Shown here: positions 1-8,647 of the stretch, in pieces
Layout: every line of letters begins with the position of its first letter
Numbering within the stretch: the first letter of the stretch is position 1
NCBI GenBank assembly: GCA_963798845.1
Contig: CAWCUS010000006.1
Location: 256,001-320,000 of the forward strand
Reading direction: 5' to 3'
Source of the DNA: an uncultured Gemmatimonadales bacterium
GTDB taxonomy: Bacteria; Gemmatimonadota; Gemmatimonadetes; Longimicrobiales; RSA9
DNA: 64,000 bases
Position numbers and translations under genes: made by a program
Notes under the pieces: model-generated
Told to the model about the DNA's origin: nothing
What the model saw: only the letters and a program-made list of their open reading frames with translations
Databases searched by the model: none

Positions 1-1262
1 CCGGGCATCCCGAAGCCCATGAGCAGCGCGGGCGCCTCCAGCACCTGCTCGAACTCCGGCACGATCGGGATCGACCCCCCTTCACCCGCGTAGGCGACGT
101 CGGCGCCCCACGCTTTCTCCATCGCCCGCTCCGCCGCGGTGTACAGCTCGCTCCCGAGCGTGGCTCGCCATGGATGGCCCCCGTGCAGCGCCCGCACCTC
201 CACGGTCACGCCCTGTGGTGCGACCGCCTCAATGTGGCGCCGTACCACCTCCTCGATCCGCTTCGGGTCCTGGTCCGGCACGAGGCGGAAGCTGATCTTC
301 GCCATGGCCGCGGCCGGGAGCACGGTCTTGGCCCCTTCCCCCGTGTACCCGCTCAGCAGCCCGTTGACCTCGACGGTCGGGCGGATCCACAGGCGCTCCG
401 GCGTGCTGTAGCCCGCCTCGCCCACCTCCTCCGTGCCCGTATCGGCGCGGAAGCCTGCGTGGTCGAACGGGACGTCCGCCAGCTTCGCCCGGTAGTCGTC
501 CATGGCCAGCACGTCATCGTAGAAGCCGGGGATGGTGGCGTGCCATTCACCGTCGTGCATGGAGGCGATGATCCTCGCCAGCGCCGTGGCCGGGTTGACC
601 ACCGCACCCCCGTAGCTGCCGCTGTGCAGGTCGGTCCTGGGGCCGTGGACATGGACCTCGAGATAGGTGAGCCCGCGCAGCGATGTGCCGATGGTGGGCA
701 CGTCCTCCGCCACCATCGTGGTGTCGCTGATCACCACGTAGTCGCACGCCAGGCGCTCCTTGTGCGCCTTGATGAAGGGCATGAGGTTCTCACTCCCGAC
801 TTCCTCCTCGCCCTCCGCAATGACCACCACGTTCACCGGCAGCGATCCGTTCACCTCCATGTGCGCCTCGATCGCCTTCACGTGGAGGAAGAGCTGGCCC
901 TTGTCGTCCACCGCGCCACGTGCGTAGATCCGACCATCGCGCTCCTCGGGTTCGAACGGCGGCGACGTCCACTCGTCCAGCGGCTCGGGCGGCTGGACGT
1001 CGTAATGACCGTAGATCAGGACGGTGGGCGCGCCGTCAGCCGCGCCCCGGTACTCGCCCACGACGATGGGGAAGCCGTCCGTAGGCTCGATGGAGGTCTC
1101 CAGCCCCGCGTCGCGCATCCGGTCGGAGAGCCACTCGGCGGCTTTCGTCATGTCGCCGGCGTGCTCCGATTTGGCGCTGATGCTCGGGATGCGGAGGAAT
1201 GCGTCCAGCTCCTCGCGGAAGCGGGACATGTTCTGGTCGATGTACTCGTGGACGTCCGCCAT
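1..1262 (-). CDS. M20/M25/M40 family metallopeptidase (dipeptidase), runs off the left window edge
   Basis: Absent from the ORF track because there is no stop in the window. Manual translation from ATG 1262 gives MADVHEYIDQNMSRFREELDAFLRIPSISAK, with motifs YGHYDVQP, ARGAVDDKGQ and EGEEE. Confidence 0.92.
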   Translation of the reverse strand, partial: MADVHEYIDQNMSRFREELDAFLRIPSISAKSEHAGDMTKAAEWLSDRMRDAGLETSIEPTDGFPIVVGEYRGAADGAPTVLIYGHYDVQPPEPLDEWTSPPFEPEERDGRIYARGAVDDKGQLFLHVKAIEAHMEVNGSLPVNVVVIAEGEEEVGSENLMPFIKAHKERLACDYVVISDTTMVAEDVPTIGTSLRGLTYLEVHVHGPRTDLHSGSYGGAVVNPATALARIIASMHDGEWHATIPGFYDDVLAMDDYRAKLADVPFDHAGFRADTGTEEVGEAGYSTPERLWIRPTVEVNGLLSGYTGEGAKTVLPAAAMAKISFRLVPDQDPKRIEEVVRRHIEAVAPQGVTVEVRALHGGHPWRATLGSELYTAAERAMEKAWGADVAYAGEGGSIPIVPEFEQVLEAPALLMGFGMP

Positions 1263-1369
1263 GGCTGTGCTCCGGTTGGGTTCCTGACCTGCGGCGGATG
1301 TAGCGCGAACGGACCCCCTCGGCAAGCGAAGCGGCGCTCGATCGCCTTCTCGTCGGCCGGCCGCCGATC

Positions 1370-2407
1370 CTAGCTCGGGTCCGGGGCCGGGAGCGTGGAG
1401 CTCAGCGTGTGCCAGTACAGGTGCACGGAGTCCGGCTCCCGCTCCATGAGCGTCAGCAGCGCGGCCGCGGTCTTGGCCGTGTACGTGGGGTCGAGCCCGA
1501 TGCTGCGCTCCGCGAACCACGCCGTGGCCCGCTCTCCCGCGTCCGTGGGGTGGCCGTAGCCCGGACCGAACCAGTCGTCCACCAGCTCGACGCCCGCCAT
1601 CACTTCATCCACGCCCGGCACAGCAGCGCCCCCACCCTCGAGCAGGCGGAGCCCTCCCTCCACCAGTGCGCGCAGCCGGCCCGGGTTCGCCACCGTGCCG
1701 GGGACGATGCGGACGCCGGTGATACGGCGGGCCGGCGCGGGGAGTCCGACGGCCGGAGCCAGCGCGCAGCCGATCGCCAGCCCGGACAGCGTGCCCAGGG
1801 TTCCCGCGGCGACGGTGATCCGGTCGGCCCGTGGGGCAACGCCGTCATCCACCTGCTCGGCCAGCTCCAGCGCGGCGCCCACGTGGCCGAGCACGCCCAG
1901 CGGACTGGAGCCGCCGCCTGGAATCACGTACGGGTGGTCTCGCCGTCGGCGCAGGCGCGCCGCGACTTCGGCGAACGGCAGGGTGGCCCAGCTGGAGCAG
2001 CGACGGACCTCGTCCGCCCACGCCCGGTTGAGCGCCGCGATCTCCCGCGTGTGCGGCGTGTCCGGCTGCGGGAAGACGACGAGCGTGGTGGGGAGCCCGG
2101 CGCGGCGGCCGTGGACGGCCGTCGCCAGGCAGTGGTGCGAGGCTTCCACTCCCGTGGTGATGAGGCGCCCATGCCCTTCCGACCTGGCCGCGGCCAGCAG
2201 GTACTCCAGCTTTCGGACTTTGTTGCCGCCGTACAGCGCGCTGGATCGATCGTCGCGCTTCACCCACAGCTCGCCGATGAAGCCGCCCGGGACGTCCGCA
2301 ACGCGCTCCACCGGCGTGGGCCAATCCCCCAGGCGGAGCCATGGGATCTTCCCCTCCAGCGCGGGCAGCGCTCGGAAGAGCGGGTTCGGTGATGGGACGT
2401 CGCGCAT
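1370..2407 (-). CDS. PLP-dependent D-cysteine desulfhydrase / ACC deaminase family protein
   Basis: Motifs PTP, VKRDD, YGGNKVRKLEY, IPGGGSSPLG and LDPTYTAK. Start moved to MRDVPS (ATG 2407), which has TACCTT 6 nt upstream. Confidence 0.88.
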   Translation of the reverse strand: MRDVPSPNPLFRALPALEGKIPWLRLGDWPTPVERVADVPGGFIGELWVKRDDRSSALYGGNKVRKLEYLLAAARSEGHGRLITTGVEASHHCLATAVHGRRAGLPTTLVVFPQPDTPHTREIAALNRAWADEVRRCSSWATLPFAEVAARLRRRRDHPYVIPGGGSSPLGVLGHVGAALELAEQVDDGVAPRADRITVAAGTLGTLSGLAIGCALAPAVGLPAPARRITGVRIVPGTVANPGRLRALVEGGLRLLEGGGAAVPGVDEVMAGVELVDDWFGPGYGHPTDAGERATAWFAERSIGLDPTYTAKTAAALLTLMEREPDSVHLYWHTLSSTLPAPDPS

Positions 2408-2466
2408 TCCGGCAAGGTAACAGCCGGGCTGGCGCGCGCGCTCCCCTCGCCGCATGCTGACCGGCC

Positions 2467-3827
2467 ATGGTCCGATCACCGCGGGACCCGACTGCCGCAG
2501 GGACGCGCTGGCGCGCTCTGCTCTCGGGAAACGTGCTCTGGCTGAGCATCGCGTCGTTCCTCAACGACGCCTCGAGCGAGATGATCTTCCCGCTCCTGCC
2601 TGCGTTCCTCGTCGGCACTCTCGGGGCGAGCGCCGTGTTCCTCGGCCTCGTGGAAGGGGTGGCGGAGACCACGGCGTCGTTCGTCAAGCTGGCGGGCGGC
2701 TGGGCGTCCGACCGCCTGCGACGACGGCGTCCGCTCGTCGCCTGGGGATACGGCATCGCAGCAGCCACCCGCCCCCTCATGGCTGCCGCCGCCCACCCGT
2801 GGCACGTGCTTTCGATCCGCTTCGCCGACCGGGTGGGGAAGGGCGTCCGCACCGCACCCCGCGACGCACTGCTCGCCGACTCGGTCCCGGCCGACCGCCG
2901 CGGCCGCGCTTTCGGGATCCACCGCGCCGCCGACCACGCCGGGGCGGTGGTCGGGCCGCTCCTCGCCTCCGGCCTCCTCCTGCTCTGGCCCGGCCGGCTG
3001 CGGCTCGTGTTCCTCCTGGCCGCCGTCCCCGCCGCCCTGGCCGTCGGCATCATCGCGCTGCGTGTCCGCGAGATCCTGCCACCAGGGACAGCTGCCGCGT
3101 CACGGCGAGGAGGTGCGAGCGGCGGAGCGGACGCGCCGGCGAAGCGGACGCGGCCGGCGAAGCGGACGCGGCCGGCGGAACGCAGCCGGCGAGCACATTG
3201 TCGCCTGGTGCGCCCGGCGGATCGAGCGCGACCGGACCGGGAAACGCCCCGGATGCCGACGCCGCCCCGGCGAGTCTGGGACGCGGCTTCGTCGCCTACC
3301 TGGCGGTCCTGGTGCTGTTCACGCTCGGGAACGCATCCGACGCGTTCCTGCTGCTCCGCGCGCAGTCGCTCGGCGTGAGCCTGGCGCTGATCCCGATCCT
3401 CTGGGGCGCGTTCCACGTCAGCAAGATGGTGTGGAATCTGGTGGGTGGGGGACTCGCCGACCGGATCGGGCCGGTCCCGGGAATCGTGGCCGGCTGGATC
3501 GTCTACGCGGCCAGCTATGCCGGCTTCGCCCTGGCGACCCGACCGTGGCACGCCTGGGCCCTGTTCGGCGTCTACGGTCTCTTCTACGGTCTCACCGAGC
3601 CGACGGAGAAGGCGCTCGTGGCCGGGCTGGCCCCTTCGTCCGCTCGCGCCAGGGCGTTCGGCGCCTACCACTTCGCGATCGGCATCGCCGCCCTCCCCGC
3701 CAGCCTCCTGTTCGGCGCCGTCTGGGAACTGTGGAGCCCCGCCGTCGCGTTCCTGCTGGGCGCCGCGCTCGCGATCCTGGCGGCGCTCCTCCTGCCGTTG
3801 GCGGTCCGTCAGGCGGAGAGGACTTAG
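2467..3827 (+). pseudogene. MFS transporter split by an apparent 1-bp deletion near 3135 (true frameshift or sequencing error)
   Basis: The N-half (NDASSEMIFPLLP, DRVGKGVRTAPRDAL, RGRAFG) is in ORF 2467..3378. The C-half (FTLGNASDAFLLL, GGLADRIG, EPTEKALV) is in ORF 2454..3827. The frame switch falls in an 18-bp repeat. Confidence 0.85.
3126..3177 (+). repeat. 18-bp tandem repeat (agcggacgcggccggcga) x3; the first copy lacks one G
   Basis: Read directly. In the C-half frame it encodes EADAAG units. Confidence 0.85.
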
Positions 3828-3884
3828 GATTCGGCCTACCGGTTGGTCGGCGTCGTGCCGCCCCGCCTCTCCCACCCGGCCGCC

Positions 3885-4721
3885 TCACGCATCCTCGCCA
3901 CTCCCTGCTGGCCCGCTCTCGCCATCCTCAACCTTCAAACCGCGGGCGCCCGAACGCGGGCGCGGATCCGCCCGCTCGACGGCTTTCCAGGTCCTCGCGG
4001 CAATGGCCCGGATCAGCTCCGCCTCGCGTTCATCGACCCCGGCGCGGCGCACGATCGCGCGGAGCGTCCGCAGCACGGCCTCCGGGTTCTTCCCGCCCCG
4101 GTAGAAGTTGATGGACTGAAGGTGCCGGTCGACGTGCTCGAACACGCCGGCGAGGTGTGCTGTTGTGGCGGGCGCCGCGTCGCGGCGAGGCCGGGGCAGC
4201 GGCTTGTCGCTGCCGGGGCCGGCCAGCCAGAGCTCGTAGCAGACGAGCAGCGCCGCCTGTGCAAGGTTCAGCGACGGCCGCTCGGGGTCGGTCGGCACGG
4301 TCCAGATGCGGTCGCAGCGGTCGAGCTGCTCGTTCGTCAGGCCGATGTCCTCGCGCCCGAATACGACGACGACGGGGCCGCGGCCGGTGCCGGCGAGACG
4401 CAGGATGTCATCGACGCCGTCGCGCGGGTGCTCCCACGCGTGCCGCATCGCCCTGCGCCGCGCGGTCGTGCCCACCACTTCCACCGCGTCGGCCGTGGCC
4501 TCTTCGAGCGTGTCGAAAAACTCGGCCCGGTCGCGCACGATCTCGGACCCGTGGGCGATCCCCTCGATCCGGTACTCATCCCATTCCACCGGATTCACGA
4601 GCCGGAGCCGGCGCAGCCCCGTGTTCATCATGGCGCGGATGGTACCGGCGATGTTGACCCGGTCCTGCGGCTCGTTCAGGACGACGACGACGTTTTCCTG
4701 CAGCAGCTCTCGCTTTTCCAT
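3885..4721 (-). CDS. trmJ: TrmJ/LasT-family SPOUT RNA methyltransferase
   Basis: Motifs VVLNEPQDRVNIAGTIRAMMNTG, VVGTTARRR, VFGREDIGLTNEQL and SLNLAQA. Confidence 0.85.
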   Translation of the reverse strand: MEKRELLQENVVVVLNEPQDRVNIAGTIRAMMNTGLRRLRLVNPVEWDEYRIEGIAHGSEIVRDRAEFFDTLEEATADAVEVVGTTARRRAMRHAWEHPRDGVDDILRLAGTGRGPVVVVFGREDIGLTNEQLDRCDRIWTVPTDPERPSLNLAQAALLVCYELWLAGPGSDKPLPRPRRDAAPATTAHLAGVFEHVDRHLQSINFYRGGKNPEAVLRTLRAIVRRAGVDEREAELIRAIAARTWKAVERADPRPRSGARGLKVEDGESGPAGSGEDA

Positions 4722-4767
4722 GGCGGGTAAGTTAGCAGGTTGCGGGCGGCTGCTGCTCCGCTACCCC

Positions 4768-6060
4768 TTATCCCGCCGGCGGACCGGTCGTCGCCTCCAC
4801 CTCCACCTCCACGCCCAGCAGCTCGATCTCCGTGGCCGTTTGCCACACCTGGAGGACCGGGAACCGGGAGGCGAACCACGCGAGGGCGCCGATGAGCAAC
4901 CCGAGCATGGCCACCGCCGCGCCTGCTTCGGGGAGCCCGAAGAGGAGCTGGGGGGCGTCGGGGTAGAGCGTCGGGTACACCAGGATGTATCGCTCGAGCC
5001 AGAGGCCAAAGAGGCTCACGAACGCCACCAGGGCGAGCACCACCGGCCTCTTCTTCGCCTGCACGCCGAGCAGGCTGAAGAAGGGGAGCACGAACAGGAA
5101 CAGGCCGATGACGATGGAGAGCGGGCGGTACGGCGCGCCGAGCCGGTGCACCAGGAAGCTCTGCTCGTTCGGCAGCTTTCCGTACCAGATCACGATGTAC
5201 TGGGACCAGAAGAGATAGGCCCAGAAGATGGAGAACGCGAAGAAGAGCTTCCCCAGGTCGTGCAGGTTCGCGCCCTCAATGTATTCCTCGAGCCCGAGCC
5301 GCCACCGGTACAGCACCGCCGCCACGGCGGTCGCCGCAATCCCTCCCAGGAACGCGGCCATGAAGACGTACGGCCCGATGAGCGTGCTCAGCCATTCCGG
5401 GTCGAGCGACATGACGAAATCGATGGCGACGAAGCTGAACGCCAGCGCGTACACCAGCGCCATCGCCGGCGCCAGCCGGCTCAATCGCCGCTGCGCCCGC
5501 TCTTCCTCCAGCTCCTGGCCGTTCCACCCGCGGGTCAGGCGGTCGAAGCCACCCCAGCCGGCGTCGCGCGCCAGTCCGGCGTCCGGGCGGAGCTGCCAGT
5601 AGACGAACACGAGGGAGAGGATCATCAGCGCGCCCAGCGACACCACGTGCCGGGCCCAGAGGAACGGCATGTTCAGGTACGCCGCCTTCGCCCCGACGTC
5701 CTCGTGGAGCCACGGGAACAGGTGCGGCGCCCCCCAGATCAGGATGGGCGGGAGCAGCAGGATGTAGGCGATGGGGAGGAACGCGCTGAACGACGCCGAG
5801 ATCCGGCGGATCGGGCGGGACCACACGCCGCGGGTCATCGCGACCACGGCGGCCAGGATGACGGCGCCCTGGGCGATGCCCGCGAAGAAGATCCAGTTGT
5901 AGGTGTAGGCGCGCCAACCCCGATCGGCATCGGCGGACAGGCCGATCGCCCACCCAATGGCGCCGGCGAGGAACAGCACGGCCGCGGCCGCATAGAGCGG
6001 CCCTGGCCGCTCCACTCGCCGGAGCGGGTATTCCTTCAGCTCCCCAATGTCTTGCGCCAT
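4768..6060 (-). CDS. actF: Alternative Complex III membrane subunit F (NrfD-like)
   Basis: About 10 TM segments. Motifs DFVMSLDPEWLST, HDLGKLFFAFSIFWAYLFWSQYIVIWYG and WLERY. Last gene of the act operon. Confidence 0.88.
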   Translation of the reverse strand: MAQDIGELKEYPLRRVERPGPLYAAAAVLFLAGAIGWAIGLSADADRGWRAYTYNWIFFAGIAQGAVILAAVVAMTRGVWSRPIRRISASFSAFLPIAYILLLPPILIWGAPHLFPWLHEDVGAKAAYLNMPFLWARHVVSLGALMILSLVFVYWQLRPDAGLARDAGWGGFDRLTRGWNGQELEEERAQRRLSRLAPAMALVYALAFSFVAIDFVMSLDPEWLSTLIGPYVFMAAFLGGIAATAVAAVLYRWRLGLEEYIEGANLHDLGKLFFAFSIFWAYLFWSQYIVIWYGKLPNEQSFLVHRLGAPYRPLSIVIGLFLFVLPFFSLLGVQAKKRPVVLALVAFVSLFGLWLERYILVYPTLYPDAPQLLFGLPEAGAAVAMLGLLIGALAWFASRFPVLQVWQTATEIELLGVEVEVEATTGPPAG

Positions 6061-6061
6061 G

Positions 6062-6712
6062 CTACTCCTGCCCCTGCGATGTCGTGTCCGCCCCGGCCTG
6101 CGTCCCCGGGGCTCCGGGCTCCGGCGGCATGACGAGGCCCGGGAGCTGGACCGGGATCGGGTCGTTCCCCTGCTGGAGGTACCGGACGTAGTTCACCACT
6201 GCCCAGCGCCTCGACGGCGGGATCCTGTCGTAGCTCGGCATGAGCCCGCGGCCCAGACGGATCATGCCGTACATGTAGCCGTCCGTCCGGTTGACCGTCG
6301 TCGGCAGCATCAGGTTCGTCGCCAGCGGGAACTTCCCCGGGGCCACGATCGGTCCGTTCCCCACGCCGGTCGCTCCGTGGCACACGGCACAATTCGTCAT
6401 GAACGTCTCGGCCCCCACCTTCAGCACGTCGTCCGTCATTGCGAGCGGGTTGGTCATGGTGTCCCCCCACGCCCGAATGCCGGCGTCTGTCGCCTCGACC
6501 GGCGGCTCCCACTTCTCGCCCGGACCGGCCACGGGCACCGAGTTCGGCGGCGCCGGCCGCGGCGCTTCGTACGGGTCGAAGAAGGGCGCCTCGTGCATGA
6601 AGTCCAGGAAGGGAACCGACGCCATGGCGTTTTCGATCCGCGTGCACCCGCCGATCACCAGCGTGGCTGCCGCCACACCGGCCAGCAGCGCCGCCCGCAC
6701 CTCACGACGCAT
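6062..6712 (-). CDS. actE: Alternative Complex III monoheme cytochrome c lipoprotein subunit E
   Basis: Lipobox-like IGGC, one CAVCH heme motif and a distal Met (GLMPSY). Start at MRREVR (ATG 6712). Confidence 0.85.
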   Translation of the reverse strand: MRREVRAALLAGVAAATLVIGGCTRIENAMASVPFLDFMHEAPFFDPYEAPRPAPPNSVPVAGPGEKWEPPVEATDAGIRAWGDTMTNPLAMTDDVLKVGAETFMTNCAVCHGATGVGNGPIVAPGKFPLATNLMLPTTVNRTDGYMYGMIRLGRGLMPSYDRIPPSRRWAVVNYVRYLQQGNDPIPVQLPGLVMPPEPGAPGTQAGADTTSQGQE

Positions 6713-7229
6713 GGCTACTCCCTTCATCCCACGGCTGCACTTCCGCCGCGCCGCTCGTTTCCAGGATCCCCCTGGCCTCCGCGCCCCGCCCGTCGGGCGC
6801 GTCCACGAGCACCCCGAACTGACCGGCGGAAAACGTGGGGTCGTACGCGATCCCCCGCCCGGGTGCACCCAGCCGCGCGTTGATGAACAATCCCACCACC
6901 GTCGCCAGGGCGCCGAACAGGATCGTGAGCTCGAACCCGATCACGACGAACGCCGGCAGCGCGATGATTGCCTTGCCGCCCGTGATCAGCGGCCAGTCCA
7001 GCGACGTCCAGATGGCCAGCGCGAACCCCGAGGCCGCCCCCGTGAGCCCGCCCACCAGCGTGTACAGCCGCACCGGGCTCTGCGGCCGATGGAGCGCGTG
7101 CTCGAGGTCGTGCTGCGGCAGCGGCGAATAGCTTTCCACGTCGGTGAGCCCGGCGTCGCGCAGCGCCTGGATTGCAGCCGTCGCCGCGTCCACCTCCGGG
7201 AACACGCCCAGGTACCGTCCGCCTGCCAT
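6702..7229 (-). CDS. actD: Alternative Complex III subunit D (DUF3341)
   Basis: Motifs YSPLP, DWPLITGGK and FELTILFGAL. Sits between actC and actE. Confidence 0.88.
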   Translation of the reverse strand: MAGGRYLGVFPEVDAATAAIQALRDAGLTDVESYSPLPQHDLEHALHRPQSPVRLYTLVGGLTGAASGFALAIWTSLDWPLITGGKAIIALPAFVVIGFELTILFGALATVVGLFINARLGAPGRGIAYDPTFSAGQFGVLVDAPDGRGAEARGILETSGAAEVQPWDEGSSHAS

Positions 7230-8647
7230 TACTCGCCCTCCTCGGTGCGGGCGCCGGGCGCCAGCAGCTCACCCGCGTCCCGGCGGACCCGGCCGCGCCC
7301 TCGGCGCCGGGGCGCCGGGAGCACTTCCTTGAGCTCCGCCACGGACACGGGCGGCAGCACGCGCATGAAGAGCAGGAACCACATGAAGAACCAGCCGAAG
7401 CTCCCCACCATGATCCCCATCTCGACCCAGCTGGGCTTGTACACGTTCCACTGCCACGGCTCGTACTCGTGGCCCAGGCTGGTCACGATGATCACGAAGC
7501 GCTCGAACCACATCCCGATGTTCACGAAGATGGTCAGGGTGAACAGCGCCGGGATGCTCGTCCGCACCTTCTTGAACCAGAGCACCTGCGGAATCACCGA
7601 GTTGCACAGCACCATGATGGACGCAGCCCACCAGTAGTTCGTGATCAGCCCGGCGATGATGTACTGACCCTCCTGGTGCGGAGGCTCTCCGCTGTACCAG
7701 ACCATGAACACTTCCGCCGCGTAGGCGTACGTGACGATCAGCCCCGTCAGCAGGATCAGCTTCGACATGGCGTCGAAGTGCTTGTCGGTGAAATAGTGCT
7801 CCAGGCCGAAGATCTTCCGGATCGGGATCAGCAGCGTGATCACCATGGCGATGCCGCTGAAGATGGCCCCAGCCACGAAGTAGGGCGCGAAGATCGTCGA
7901 GTGCCACCCGGGGACGATGCTCATGGCGAAGTCCCACGAAACGACGCTGTGCACCGAGAGCACCAGCGGCGTGGCGAGCGCGGCCAGGTACAGGTATGCG
8001 CGGTTGAAGTGCAGCCACTGCCGACCGCTCCCGTGCCAGCCGAAGCTCAGCGCCGTGTACAGCTTCTTCCGCCACGGCACCGTGGTCGAGTCCCGGGCCG
8101 CCGCGATGTCGGGAATCATCCCGATGAGGAAGAACGTGGCGCTCACAGTCAGGTACGTGCTGATCGCGAATACGTCCCAGACCAGCGGGCTGCGAAAGTT
8201 CGGCCAGATGGTGCGCTGGTTCGGGTACGGGATCAGCCAGTAGAAGACGAACGGTCGCCCCAGGTGGATGATGGGGAACAGCCCGGCCGTCATCACGGCG
8301 AATACCGTCATGGCCTCGGCCGCGCGATAGATCGACTGCCGCCAGCGCGCTCGGAACAGGAACAGGATCGCGGAGATGAGCGTCCCCGAGTGCGCGATGC
8401 CGACCCAGAAGACGAACGTGGTGATGTAGACCCCCCACCCGATGGGGTTCATCAGCCCGCTCATGCCGATCCCGAGATACAGCTGCGTGAAGAAGCTGAA
8501 CGCCAGCAGCCCCACCGCCGCGACAGCGAACGCCAGCAGGATGAAGTAGGTCCGCCCGGGACGGCTCAGGATCTTCAGGATGTCACGGTTGACGTCCGTA
8601 TAGCGCTCGACCCCGGGGTGGGTCTCGGAGCGAGTGACTTTCGGCAT
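7229..8647 (-). CDS. actC: Alternative Complex III quinol-binding subunit C (NrfD/PsrC family)
   Basis: Motifs WGVYITTFVFWVGIAHSGTLISAIL, NFRSPLVWD and SVHSVVSWDFA. Start MPKVTR at 8647 overlaps the actB stop. Confidence 0.93.
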   Translation of the reverse strand: MPKVTRSETHPGVERYTDVNRDILKILSRPGRTYFILLAFAVAAVGLLAFSFFTQLYLGIGMSGLMNPIGWGVYITTFVFWVGIAHSGTLISAILFLFRARWRQSIYRAAEAMTVFAVMTAGLFPIIHLGRPFVFYWLIPYPNQRTIWPNFRSPLVWDVFAISTYLTVSATFFLIGMIPDIAAARDSTTVPWRKKLYTALSFGWHGSGRQWLHFNRAYLYLAALATPLVLSVHSVVSWDFAMSIVPGWHSTIFAPYFVAGAIFSGIAMVITLLIPIRKIFGLEHYFTDKHFDAMSKLILLTGLIVTYAYAAEVFMVWYSGEPPHQEGQYIIAGLITNYWWAASIMVLCNSVIPQVLWFKKVRTSIPALFTLTIFVNIGMWFERFVIIVTSLGHEYEPWQWNVYKPSWVEMGIMVGSFGWFFMWFLLFMRVLPPVSVAELKEVLPAPRRRGRGRVRRDAGELLAPGARTEEGE

